Below, one piece after another: positions 8,791 through 17,803 of a stretch of 33,647 nucleotides of DNA (positions within the stretch are counted from its first letter, which is position 1; the number at the start of each line of letters is the position of its first letter). This DNA is from an uncultured Bacteroidota bacterium (GTDB lineage Bacteria; Bacteroidota; Bacteroidia; UKL13-3), in NCBI GenBank assembly GCA_903888395.1, contig CAISTO010000076.1, forward strand, positions 1 through 33,647, in the 5' to 3' direction. The notes under the pieces were generated by a model. The model ran no database searches, had not been told where the DNA came from, and saw only the letters and a program-made list of their open reading frames with translations. A program made the translations under genes and the position numbers.

Positions 8791-10386
8791 TTACTTATTA
8801 GTATACTTCAAATTCAAAAAAGTAAATATACTTGAGCATGGTAAAGCAAAAGATAATCCTTCTACACCCTTATCAATAACTTTTAATGTAATTACTCCTA
8901 ATACCAATCCATCTTTGTTAATTAATGGGCCACCACTATTTCCTGGACTAACACTTACATCTGTTTGAATATATGACTTATCGTCTAATAGCCTATTGCC
9001 ACTAACTATTCCTTTACTTACTGTTTGAGATAGTTTTTGATTGGATGGCGTTCCAATGGCATAAACTTCAGCACCAATTTGATTGTTATCTTCACTTTCT
9101 GATAATAAAAAAGGTTTGAATCCATTGCCACTTACTTTTATCAATGCTAAGTCATTGTTGATATCTGTTCTTATTACATCGCCAACAAATGATAGGTTGT
9201 TTGATAAAATAATATTTACTTTTTTACTGTTTTTAACAACATGGTAATTGGTAACAATCATTCCGTTTTCAGAAATAAAAAAACCGCTTCCATGTCCACT
9301 GTTATCGCCTGTTGTAACAGTTACCACTGATGAAGTTAAATCTTTTAAGTTAAGTTTATTTGCTTTAGTAGGTTTTTGAATTGTAATTACCTCTCCAATA
9401 GAAGTTTCTAATAACTCCTCTGTATTTTTTTTTGTATTTTCATAAAGCTCTTTACTGTTTGATAAAAACATTAAGAAACTATTTTCAAAGGAACTTAAAA
9501 GGGAGTTATTTAATCCGATAGATTTATCTAAATTGTAAGATTCAATGACTTCGGTTTTAACTAATTCATTGGTTAACAAATTGGTTAATGTCCATTTGGT
9601 AGTTAGTTTACATTCCACATTTTTTAAAGATAAACCAAAGTCGTTTTTTATATCTATTCCTTTAATTTGTGCTTCAATTTTATAGCCATTATTATTAAAT
9701 TCCTTTGGAACATTAAATCCATAATCTTTCAACGAGTTATTTACAATTACTTCTAATTCTTCTGATTTAACGTTGACAGTATTTTCCCATAAAATATCGG
9801 AATACTCCTTTCCTTGAAAAAAGTTGGTGCCTATTTTTTCTCCAATTTTTATTTTAATATTCACATCTGAGCAACCAATTGGCAATTGATTTTTAAGTTC
9901 GTTTGTTTTAGGAATTTTTACTCCATGCCAAATAATCTTGTTAGCATATAGTTTTTTGTTTGCACCCGAAAGCGCATCGAAAGAAAAGAAAGCCGCGGGT
10001 ATTGCAAATTGCATCAGCATAGCAGTATTTAAACGAGACATTTGCCCGCCATCTGCATTATTTCCAATGCTCGCATAGAATGGAAAAGCCAATATCATAC
10101 TGGCAAAATTTAAAAAAATTTTTGGATTTACTTCTGGATAATAATTTGAAACAACATCTTTATATCCTTCTTTTTTTAAAACAACAGTATGCTTTTTGTT
10201 AGATGCTAGTTTAATAAAACCAGATTCAATGATTTGTTTTTTTTCATCAACAATAACAGAAGTACTATCATCCATATTTAAATTTATTTTAGTGGTGTTG
10301 CCTGAAAAAATAGTAGCACAAGATGAAAGTATAACTAAAATAGAAAATAGTATTGTAATTGATAGATTGATGTTTTTATTTTTCAT
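8791..10386 (-). CDS. Lipoprotein-signal S1C (trypsin/HtrA-like) serine protease without a PDZ domain
   Basis: Signal peptide with lipobox LSSC; PEGA-like segment (HTVVLKKEGYKDV); two hydrophobic segments. C-terminal triad motifs are TNYHVV (His), NDLALIKV (Asp) and GNSGGPL (Ser). Confidence 0.85.
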   Translation of the reverse strand: MKNKNINLSITILFSILVILSSCATIFSGNTTKINLNMDDSTSVIVDEKKQIIESGFIKLASNKKHTVVLKKEGYKDVVSNYYPEVNPKIFLNFASMILAFPFYASIGNNADGGQMSRLNTAMLMQFAIPAAFFSFDALSGANKKLYANKIIWHGVKIPKTNELKNQLPIGCSDVNIKIKIGEKIGTNFFQGKEYSDILWENTVNVKSEELEVIVNNSLKDYGFNVPKEFNNNGYKIEAQIKGIDIKNDFGLSLKNVECKLTTKWTLTNLLTNELVKTEVIESYNLDKSIGLNNSLLSSFENSFLMFLSNSKELYENTKKNTEELLETSIGEVITIQKPTKANKLNLKDLTSSVVTVTTGDNSGHGSGFFISENGMIVTNYHVVKNSKKVNIILSNNLSFVGDVIRTDINNDLALIKVSGNGFKPFLLSESEDNNQIGAEVYAIGTPSNQKLSQTVSKGIVSGNRLLDDKSYIQTDVSVSPGNSGGPLINKDGLVLGVITLKVIDKGVEGLSFALPCSSIFTFLNLKYTNK

Positions 10387-10487
10387 GTATTCGTTTAAAT
10401 TTTAAATATAAAATGAAATCAAAGGTTTTTGAAATATGTTAACTTCTTTACCGATTTGCAATTTTAGTTTATTATTTTGTTTCAAAC

Positions 10488-10517
10488 AAAAAAAGCGACC
10501 CTTTTGAGTCGCTTTAT
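10488..10517 (-). terminator. Rho-independent terminator downstream of pckA (minus strand)
   Basis: Minus strand reads aaagcgac-tcaaaagg-gtcgcttt followed by a T-run (ttttttgtttg). Confidence 0.75.
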
Positions 10518-10527
10518 TTATTGCCGT

Positions 10528-10576
10528 TGTTGGCGACCTCGCCAACATCAAATATTGCAGGTGAGGACACCTGCAA
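10528..10576. repeat. Two GC-rich REP-like hairpins immediately 3' of pckA
   Basis: gttggcga-cc-tcgccaac (10528-10545) and ttgcaggtg-agga-cacctgcaa (10555-10576, 9-bp stem). Confidence 0.55.
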
Positions 10577-10590
10577 TGGCTGCATTTTCC

Positions 10591-12186
10591 TTAGTTAGCT
10601 TGGCTAGCTTTTGGAGCTGCGTCTAATATTTCTTGGCTTACACCGCTGGAGTATTGATCAAAGTTTTTAACAAACATATTTCCCAATTTATTTGCTTGTG
10701 CATCGTAAGCATCTTTATCAGCCCAAGTATTGCGTGGATTTAATATTTCAACGGGTACATTCGGACAAGTAGTTGGCATTTGGTAACCAAACACTGGATG
10801 TTGTTCAAATGTTACATTATTTAACTCACCGTTTAACGCTGCAGTAATCATGGCACGTGTGTATGATAATTTCATACGTGAACCAGTTCCATAAGCTCCA
10901 CCACTCCAACCTGTGTTAATTAACCAAACATTTACATTAGGATTATCTTTTAATTTTTTACCTAATAATTCAGCGTATTTTCCTGGGTGTAAAGGTAAAA
11001 ATGCTTTACCAAAACAAGCGGAGAAAGTAGCCGATGGCTCAGTAACACCAGCTTCTGTACCCGCTACTTTAGCAGTGTAACCACTAATGAAACTATACAT
11101 GGCCTGGCCTACATTTAATTTAGAAATTGGAGGCAATACACCAAAAGCATCTGCTGTTAAAAAGAAAATGTTTTCTGGCGTTTTTCCTACCGAAGGCACA
11201 GCAATATTATCAATTAAATTAATTGGATAAGCAGCACGTGTATTTTCAGTTACTGAAATATTTGTATAATCAACAGTAGAAGTTCCTGGAATAAAACGCG
11301 TGTTTTCAACCAATGAACCAAATCGGATGGCATCAAAAATTTGAGGCTCTTTTTCTTTGGTTAAGTCTACACATTTTGCATAGCAACCACCTTCAAAGTT
11401 AAATACTGAATCTTCAGCCCAACCGTGCTCATCATCACCAATTAACTTACGATCTGGATCAGCACTCAAAGTAGTTTTACCCGTACCCGATAAACCAAAG
11501 AATACAGCAGTATCGCCATTTTTACCAATGTTTGCCGAGCAATGCATTGATAAAGTATTGCGCTCTTGAGGTAATACATAGTTTAACACAGTGAAAATAC
11601 CTTTTTTCATTTCGCCTGTGTAACCGCTACCACCTACTAAAATAATTTTTCTTGAAAAATCAATGATAGAGAAGTTATGTTGACGAGTTCCATCTTCAGC
11701 AGCAATGGCTTTAAAGCTTGGCGCATTTAAAATTAACCATTCTGTTCCAAAATTAGCTAACTCGCTAGCTTCAGGACGAAGGAATAAGTTATTACAAAAT
11801 AAATTATGGTAAGCAGTTTCGTTTACAACAGTTACATTCAATCTGTAACGAGGATCAGCACAAGCATAAGCATGACGCATATATACTTTTTTACCAGCGT
11901 AATGAGCAATTACTTTGTTCATTAATTTTTCAAATTTATCGCTTTCGAAACGATTATTAACATCGCCCCACCAAACTGTGTTTTCAGTTTTAGCATCCAC
12001 CACACAAAATTTGTCTTTAGGCGAACGGCCCGTAAATTCACCGGTATCGGCCATTAAAGCACCAGTGTCTGTTAATAAGCCTTCGCCATTAATAATTGCA
12101 TGGCTAACTAACTCAGCTGGGGTAAGGTTTTGGTGTGCAGATGAAGCGCTTTCCAAAATCCTATTTACGATTGAAATATTTGTCAT
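10591..12186 (-). CDS. pckA: Phosphoenolpyruvate carboxykinase (ATP)
   Basis: 531-aa ORF with the kinase-1a motif FFGLSGTGKTTLS and a full-length ATP-dependent PEPCK pattern. Confidence 0.96.
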   Translation of the reverse strand: MTNISIVNRILESASSAHQNLTPAELVSHAIINGEGLLTDTGALMADTGEFTGRSPKDKFCVVDAKTENTVWWGDVNNRFESDKFEKLMNKVIAHYAGKKVYMRHAYACADPRYRLNVTVVNETAYHNLFCNNLFLRPEASELANFGTEWLILNAPSFKAIAAEDGTRQHNFSIIDFSRKIILVGGSGYTGEMKKGIFTVLNYVLPQERNTLSMHCSANIGKNGDTAVFFGLSGTGKTTLSADPDRKLIGDDEHGWAEDSVFNFEGGCYAKCVDLTKEKEPQIFDAIRFGSLVENTRFIPGTSTVDYTNISVTENTRAAYPINLIDNIAVPSVGKTPENIFFLTADAFGVLPPISKLNVGQAMYSFISGYTAKVAGTEAGVTEPSATFSACFGKAFLPLHPGKYAELLGKKLKDNPNVNVWLINTGWSGGAYGTGSRMKLSYTRAMITAALNGELNNVTFEQHPVFGYQMPTTCPNVPVEILNPRNTWADKDAYDAQANKLGNMFVKNFDQYSSGVSQEILDAAPKASQAN

Positions 12187-12525
12187 AATTCAGGTTTTTA
12201 ATAAATAATTATATGCGAAAGTATTTTTTTATTTGATTTTAAAAAGCACTTTTTATTTTGAAACTGCTTGCAATGATTAAAATCAAAAAAGTATAAATGT
12301 AACTTCAGTTAGTAAATTGATTGAATTGATTAAATTTTCTTAATGTTTTATAAGTAATGAGCGTGATTTTATTGCATTGCAATTTGCTAAAAAAATTAAA
12401 ATCATTTTTAAGTAAATCTGCTTCAATTGAAGTGCTTTTTACATTAAAACGTTTCAACATTTATGGAACCCAAAATTTTAAATAAAATAATTATATTCGC
12501 TCCTTCAAAAATAATTTAAAATTGA

Positions 12526-13299
12526 ATGTTTGATAGAGAAAGACCTAGTTTTGAGGAAAGCAATAATGTAACTGTTCAAAGGTGTTTTTATGCTTATGAA
12601 TTTGCCAAACCTTACATAACTGATAAAGTTACTGCCGATATTGGTTGTGCCGATGGATATGGAACTCAGTTTTTAGCTGATTTTACAAAGTCGACAGTTG
12701 GTGTAGATTACAGTGAAATTACTATTGCAGAAGCAAGAGCGAAACACGCTGGCAAAACAAATTTAACTTTTAAAGCGGGAAAAGTTCCGCCAATCCCTTT
12801 GGAAGATGAAAGTATGGATGTGATTACTGCGTTTCAATTTATTGAACATATTGAGCTTCGTAAAGCTTTTATGGAAGACGTAAAACGTGTGTTAAAGCCA
12901 GGAGGAGTTTTTATTTGTACTACTCCAAATATAAAAATGAGCATTGCGCGAAATCCTTTTCATGTGTTTGAATATACTTTTGATGAAATGCAGAAAGAGG
13001 CTTCAAGTGTTTTTTCGAGTATAGAATTGCAAGGATTGCAAGGCAATGAAATAGTTAATAAATACTACGATGATAATTCAAAATGGGCAAAACGTATTTT
13101 GATGTTTGATCCTTTTGGTTTACACAAATTAGTTCCATCAAATTGGTTGATTGCACCTTATAATTTTTTAACAAGTTTAATGCGTAAAAATTTGAAAGAA
13201 ACCAATAACGATACACTTACTATTACTTCCAAAGATTTCTTTTTAACAAAAGACAATTTGGATATAACTTGGGATATTTATTTAATAGCTCACAAATAA
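12526..13299 (+). CDS. Class I SAM-dependent methyltransferase
   Basis: Motif I DIGCADGYG, acidic motif II VGVDYS and LKPGGVF; substrate unknown. Confidence 0.8.
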   Translation: MFDRERPSFEESNNVTVQRCFYAYEFAKPYITDKVTADIGCADGYGTQFLADFTKSTVGVDYSEITIAEARAKHAGKTNLTFKAGKVPPIPLEDESMDVITAFQFIEHIELRKAFMEDVKRVLKPGGVFICTTPNIKMSIARNPFHVFEYTFDEMQKEASSVFSSIELQGLQGNEIVNKYYDDNSKWAKRILMFDPFGLHKLVPSNWLIAPYNFLTSLMRKNLKETNNDTLTITSKDFFLTKDNLDITWDIYLIAHK

Positions 13300-13316
13300 T
13301 TTTATTTAAAAACAAT

Positions 13317-14189
13317 ATGAAAGGTACAGGATTAGCTTTAATTACACCATTTAAAAAAGATTTTACTATTGATTTTGATGCATTATCAAATTTAATTGAA
13401 CATGTTATTAATGGTGGTGTTGAATATGTAGTTGCGTTAGGAACTACTGGCGAAAGTGTAACTTTAAACAAGGACGAAAAGAAGCAAGTTTATCAATTTA
13501 TTCAACAGCAAGTAAAAGGCCGAGTGCAATGTGTAGCCGGCCTTGGCGGTAATTACACCGCTGAATTAGTTGATTATATCAAAGCTTTTGATTTTACAGG
13601 TTATGAAGCTGTACTTTCTGTAAGTCCGTATTACAACAAACCCAATCAAGAAGGAATTTTTCAGCATTTTATGCAAGTGGCTATTGCCAGTGCAAAGCCA
13701 ATTATTTTATACAATGTTCCCGGACGAACCGGAAGTAACATGACAGCGGATACAACTATACGTTTGGCAAATGCTAATAGTAAATTTATAGCAGTAAAAG
13801 AGGCAAGTGGAAATTCGGAGCAATTCATGGATTTAATTCATCAAGCTCCAGCTGGTTTTTCGGTAATTAGTGGCGATGATAATTTGACGGTTCCTTTTAT
13901 TTCTATGGGAATGACAGGTGTAATTTCTGTTATTGGACAAGCCTATCCTCAAAAGTTTTCAAATATGGTGCGTGCTGCTTTAAATAATGATATTGTTACA
14001 GCTCGTACCTTGCATTTTGAATTATACAATATCATGAAATCTATTTATTTAGATGGAAATCCGGGTGGAATAAAAGCGCTTTTAAATCAAATGGGTATAT
14101 GTGAAAACATTGTTCGTTTGCCTTTGGTTCCAATTAATCACTCAGCCTTCGAAACCATCAAAAAACATTACCATGAAACTAAAGCTTAA
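13317..14189 (+). CDS. dapA: 4-hydroxy-tetrahydrodipicolinate synthase
   Basis: Motifs GTTGES, YNVPGRTG and the Schiff-base Lys context AVKEASG. Start moved to ATG 13317 (MKGTGLALITPF), which removes the overlap with the upstream gene. Confidence 0.93.
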   Translation: MKGTGLALITPFKKDFTIDFDALSNLIEHVINGGVEYVVALGTTGESVTLNKDEKKQVYQFIQQQVKGRVQCVAGLGGNYTAELVDYIKAFDFTGYEAVLSVSPYYNKPNQEGIFQHFMQVAIASAKPIILYNVPGRTGSNMTADTTIRLANANSKFIAVKEASGNSEQFMDLIHQAPAGFSVISGDDNLTVPFISMGMTGVISVIGQAYPQKFSNMVRAALNNDIVTARTLHFELYNIMKSIYLDGNPGGIKALLNQMGICENIVRLPLVPINHSAFETIKKHYHETKA

Positions 14190-14925
14190 TTCGGTTTTAT
14201 TATTGGTGATTTTATGCTTGGTTTTGGCTTGTAATCAAAAACCAAAGGAGCTTAAATTTAGTGATTATGAAATTTCCAAAATAAAATATCCAATTGAAGG
14301 TGACAGTTCGCGTGGCTTCACTTACGAGGCTATTATTCCTGTTTTTGAGGATGGTAGTCAACAATTAATAGATTCAATAAACATTTTTATAGGTCAAACA
14401 TTTTTTGAACATAAAAACAATATAACCGATTTAAAAAAAATAGTTAAAGCAGAATCAGACAGTTTTTACCAAGATTATTTACGCGACTTTTCAGATTTTA
14501 ACGAAGCTGATTTTCCGCTTACCTACAATTATATTTATAAATTTAATGTTGCGTTTCACAATACAAAATATGTAACACTAAAAAACGAAAGTTATGCATA
14601 TACTGGAGGTGCACATGGGAATTATTCAACATTATATTATGTGTTTAGTGCAGAAAATGGTAAGCTTTTGTCAATAAATGATTTGGTAAGTGATACTTTA
14701 AAATTGCAAGAAATTGCAAAGCAACAATTTTATAAACTTAAAAATATTGATGTAAATAAATCAATTAATGATCAAGGATATTGGTTTGAGAAGAAATTAT
14801 TTTCCTTGAATAATAATTTTGGGTTATTAAAAGACACTTTGATATTTACTTATAATCCTTATGAAATAACAAATTATGCAGAAGGACAAACGGAATTAAA
14901 AATTCCAATGAATTTATTAAAATAA
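14173..14925 (+). CDS. DUF3298/DUF4163-type lipoprotein
   Basis: Internal start MKLKLNSVLLLVILCLVLAC (lipobox), plus the characteristic YTGGAHGNY motif. Overlaps the dapA end by 17 nt. Confidence 0.75.
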   Translation: MKLKLNSVLLLVILCLVLACNQKPKELKFSDYEISKIKYPIEGDSSRGFTYEAIIPVFEDGSQQLIDSINIFIGQTFFEHKNNITDLKKIVKAESDSFYQDYLRDFSDFNEADFPLTYNYIYKFNVAFHNTKYVTLKNESYAYTGGAHGNYSTLYYVFSAENGKLLSINDLVSDTLKLQEIAKQQFYKLKNIDVNKSINDQGYWFEKKLFSLNNNFGLLKDTLIFTYNPYEITNYAEGQTELKIPMNLLK

Positions 14926-15071
14926 TCTACTTGTTTTCAAACAGCTAACTAATACGTATTAAAAAAATTAGGTTGGTTTTAATTTGGAAGTTGGATACAA
15001 AGCATAAAAAAAACAAAAATATATCAACTATCTATTTTTAAAATAAAAATAACGTATACTTGTAATATTAT

Positions 15072-15788
15072 ATGAAAAATTTTATATTATTTTTAATTCT
15101 TCAGTTAGTGGTTTTCAGTATGAAAGCTCAAAGTAATTTTGCAGTATACGGTAATGCGGGATTACCCGTAAACAATAATTTTGATAACCCTCCAACACAT
15201 AGTGCATATTTAGACTTTGGATTTAGGTATTATTTACACAAGGGTCTTTCTGTTTCACTAGAGGCAAATACTGCTTTTTTTAAACAAAGTACGGATTTTA
15301 CAAAAGCAAATGCAAACTACTTTACACAAACCAATGGTGTTGGTTTGGTAATAATGAACGAAACAAAAATTAGTTCACGTTCTCATATTGGAATAGGTAT
15401 TGGAGGTTCAAATGGTTTTTTTTCTGGAAGGGCATATGCCCAAAATGAGCCATATTTTTATCAATTAAATCCTGGAGCACCACCTTCAATTAAAGATCCA
15501 GGTTATGGTATAAAGTTTTATCAAGAATTTTTGACTTTTAAAGCCCAAATTTTATACAAACACACTATTAATAAATATTTAGATACTCAAATAGGTTTAA
15601 GTCATCATTTTTCACAGGGATATTTTTTAGATATGCATGCTGGTGATGTAAAAGATAGAAAATATGATGAATATACCGTATTATTTGTAGGATTTGTATT
15701 TAAATTCAAAGAAAGTAAAAACCATGTAAAAGGTTCCTTTGGAGGTTCAAGAACTACTCCATTAAAATTAAGATGTCCTTCATTTTAG
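15072..15788 (+). CDS. Outer-membrane beta-barrel protein (hypothetical)
   Basis: Signal peptide ending MKAQS, alternating aromatic/Gly-rich strands, C-terminal Phe. Confidence 0.6.
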   Translation: MKNFILFLILQLVVFSMKAQSNFAVYGNAGLPVNNNFDNPPTHSAYLDFGFRYYLHKGLSVSLEANTAFFKQSTDFTKANANYFTQTNGVGLVIMNETKISSRSHIGIGIGGSNGFFSGRAYAQNEPYFYQLNPGAPPSIKDPGYGIKFYQEFLTFKAQILYKHTINKYLDTQIGLSHHFSQGYFLDMHAGDVKDRKYDEYTVLFVGFVFKFKESKNHVKGSFGGSRTTPLKLRCPSF

Positions 15789-15878
15789 CAAGTTAAATTT
15801 TTCTGCATAAATATTTTTTCTGAAATCTTTGATTCATTCTGCATCAAAAGAAATAAAAAGTAACACGTTACAAATTCC

Positions 15879-16568
15879 TTAGTATTCAATTTCCAATTCC
15901 AGCAATTGTCTTAATGTAGCTAAATTTGGATTTTGTTCCACCATTTTGTTAAATTTATCTTCTACCGAAAGCGATTTTGTTTCGGGAATTAATGTATTAT
16001 CTACTTCAAAATCTAAGTTTATTTGCGTGTTTTTTAAATTAATTCTAAAAAACTGCAACGCATTTAAACGTTGGTCTTCGCACAAAGTTCTTTCGTGATT
16101 ACTGGCAAAAATTACACTAATTTTATCGTTCTCGTGAATGACTAATTTGCGTTCTTTCATAAAGCTTAAACTTGCTTTATCTAGTTGTGCTATAAATGCA
16201 ATCCATGCATTATTTAAATCGGTTTCGGTATAAGCTTCATTCTGATTTACTACTACATTTTCTATTGAAGTTTCTAAATCATCATTGTTTGAAATATTTG
16301 TTTCCGATTTCAATTTTTCAGCAATTTGCTCTTTCTTTTGTATGAACAAATCATCTGTTTTTTTTCCAAACATTCCACCTGTTTTTGCAATTGTTGGCAA
16401 TGGTGTGGCAACAGGTTTTGGCTCCTGAACAATGCTTGAAATTTCTGAAACTGACGTAATCGAATTTGTGTTGGTAGCTGTATTTACAGGAGTTAACACT
16501 GAATTGGTAGCAGCATTTTTAGTTGATTCTGCTTTTATATCAGTAGCAGAATCAGAAAAATCAACTAT
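15879..16568 (-). CDS. dnaX: DNA polymerase III tau C-terminal portion, in the -1 frame relative to the upstream dnaX ORF
   Basis: The frame is open from the A-run at 16568 through the listed ORF 15879-16499. The C-terminal segment (KFNKMVEQNPNLATLRQLLELEIEY) resembles the Bacteroidota DnaX C-terminus as I recall it. Confidence 0.7.
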   Translation of the reverse strand: MVDFSDSATDIKAESTKNAATNSVLTPVNTATNTNSITSVSEISSIVQEPKPVATPLPTIAKTGGMFGKKTDDLFIQKKEQIAEKLKSETNISNNDDLETSIENVVVNQNEAYTETDLNNAWIAFIAQLDKASLSFMKERKLVIHENDKISVIFASNHERTLCEDQRLNALQFFRINLKNTQINLDFEVDNTLIPETKSLSVEDKFNKMVEQNPNLATLRQLLELEIEY

Positions 16569-16577
16569 TTTTTTTTT
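16524..16577 (-). promoter_or_regulatory. dnaX: Candidate recoding site: A10 slippery run, 0-frame TAG and a downstream 10-bp hairpin
   Basis: Minus strand reads TTA AAA AAA AAA TAG (A-run 16577-16568). Hairpin tgattctgct (16554-16545) / agcagaatca (16533-16524) has an 11-nt loop. Confidence 0.55.
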
Positions 16578-17728
16578 AAGTCAACGTTACTATTTTGTAA
16601 GTTGATATACGATTGAATATGGCTTAATTTCATTAAGCATAATTCTACGTGCAGCCTCGCATTTTTCGATGATTTATAATCAAGCTCGCATTTGTTTAAT
16701 AAATTCAATGCATTTAACATCAGCGCTGTATTACACGATTTGGCTTGCTCCAAAAACTTAACTGAAACACTTTGAGAAACCTCTAAAAGTTTAACAGTAT
16801 CTGGATGTTTGCAAACCATTAAATTACGAATATGTTCGCTGAATCCACCAATGAAATGTAAGGCATCAAAACCATTGTTCAATATATCATCGAACAACAA
16901 AAGTAAACCAGCTAAATCTTCGTTTAACAATAAATTTACTGCTTTAAAATAATAATCGTAATCGAGTATATTTAAGTTATTAATTACATCTTGGTATTTA
17001 ATATTATTTCCGCTAAAACTTACAATTCTATCAAAAATAGAAAGTGCATCGCGCATGGCACCATCTGCTTTTTGGGCTATAATGTGCAAAGCATCATCTT
17101 CAGCAATGATGTTTTCTTTATCGCAAATTTCACGCAATTGTTTTACGGCATCTTCAATTTTTATTCTATGAAAATCAAAAACCTGACAACGAGAAATAAT
17201 GGTTGGTAAAATTTTATGTTTTTCGGTAGTTGCTAAAATAAATTTAGCATAAGGAGGCGGTTCCTCTAAGGTTTTCAAAAATGCGTTAAATGCATTTGCA
17301 CTTAGCATGTGAACCTCATCAATGATGTATATTTTATAAGTTGCTCCTTGTGGCGCATAACGAACTTGATCAACCAAAGCCCTGATATCATCTACAGAGT
17401 TATTGCTGGCGGCATCTAATTCATAAATATTAAATGAGGCGTTGTTATTAAATGCATTGCAACTATCGCAATTGTTACAAGCTTCTAATTCAGGAGTTAG
17501 GTTGGTACAATTTATAGTTTTTGCTAGTAACCTAGCAGACGTAGTTTTACCTACACCACGAGGTCCGCAAAACAAAAAAGCATGTGCTAAATGTTTGTTT
17601 TTGATGGCATTTTTTAACGTTTGTACTACATGACCTTGGCCAATTACGGTATCAAAACTTGCCGGACGATATTTACGGGCCGAAACCACAAAATTTTCCA
17701 TGTCCGCAATTAATTTTATTTTTTCCAT
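16565..17728 (-). CDS. dnaX: DNA polymerase III subunit gamma/tau, N-terminal ATPase ORF (gamma-like 387-aa product in the 0 frame)
   Basis: Walker A CGPRGVGKTT, Zn module C-x8-C-x2-C-x2-C (CTNLTPELEACNNCDSC), Walker B IIDEVHML, sensor SRC. Confidence 0.93.
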   Translation of the reverse strand: MEKIKLIADMENFVVSARKYRPASFDTVIGQGHVVQTLKNAIKNKHLAHAFLFCGPRGVGKTTSARLLAKTINCTNLTPELEACNNCDSCNAFNNNASFNIYELDAASNNSVDDIRALVDQVRYAPQGATYKIYIIDEVHMLSANAFNAFLKTLEEPPPYAKFILATTEKHKILPTIISRCQVFDFHRIKIEDAVKQLREICDKENIIAEDDALHIIAQKADGAMRDALSIFDRIVSFSGNNIKYQDVINNLNILDYDYYFKAVNLLLNEDLAGLLLLFDDILNNGFDALHFIGGFSEHIRNLMVCKHPDTVKLLEVSQSVSVKFLEQAKSCNTALMLNALNLLNKCELDYKSSKNARLHVELCLMKLSHIQSYINLQNSNVDLKKK

Positions 17729-17803
17729 ATAATAAAATTTAACTGCTAATTGTGGATATTATTTTTGATTTAAGCTTCTGGAAACTGGTTTCTGCCTAAA
17801 ATC

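Noticed and set aside
6668-10386. Helicase plus trypsin-like protease considered as a two-gene anti-phage defence system
   Set aside because: The protease carries a lipoprotein signal and hydrophobic segments, so it is located in the envelope. A 305-bp gap with a terminator-like palindrome and a separate -7 box separates the genes. There is no nuclease or sensor domain, and the neighbours are core genes (mutS, pckA).
13269-13316. N-terminal extensions of the track ORFs for dapA (13269), the DUF3298 lipoprotein (14101-14172) and the DEAD-box helicase (19730-19852)
   Set aside because: The extensions overlap the upstream gene or are low-complexity, and they precede an internal Met that gives a canonical N-terminus (MKGTGLALITPF; MKLKLNS lipoprotein signal; MKFEEYNISPEI). 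The internal starts were used.
17751-17758. DnaA-box-like tgtggata upstream of dnaX
   Set aside because: It is a single 8-of-9 match with no cluster of boxes, no AT-rich unwinding element arrangement and no dnaA/dnaN context.
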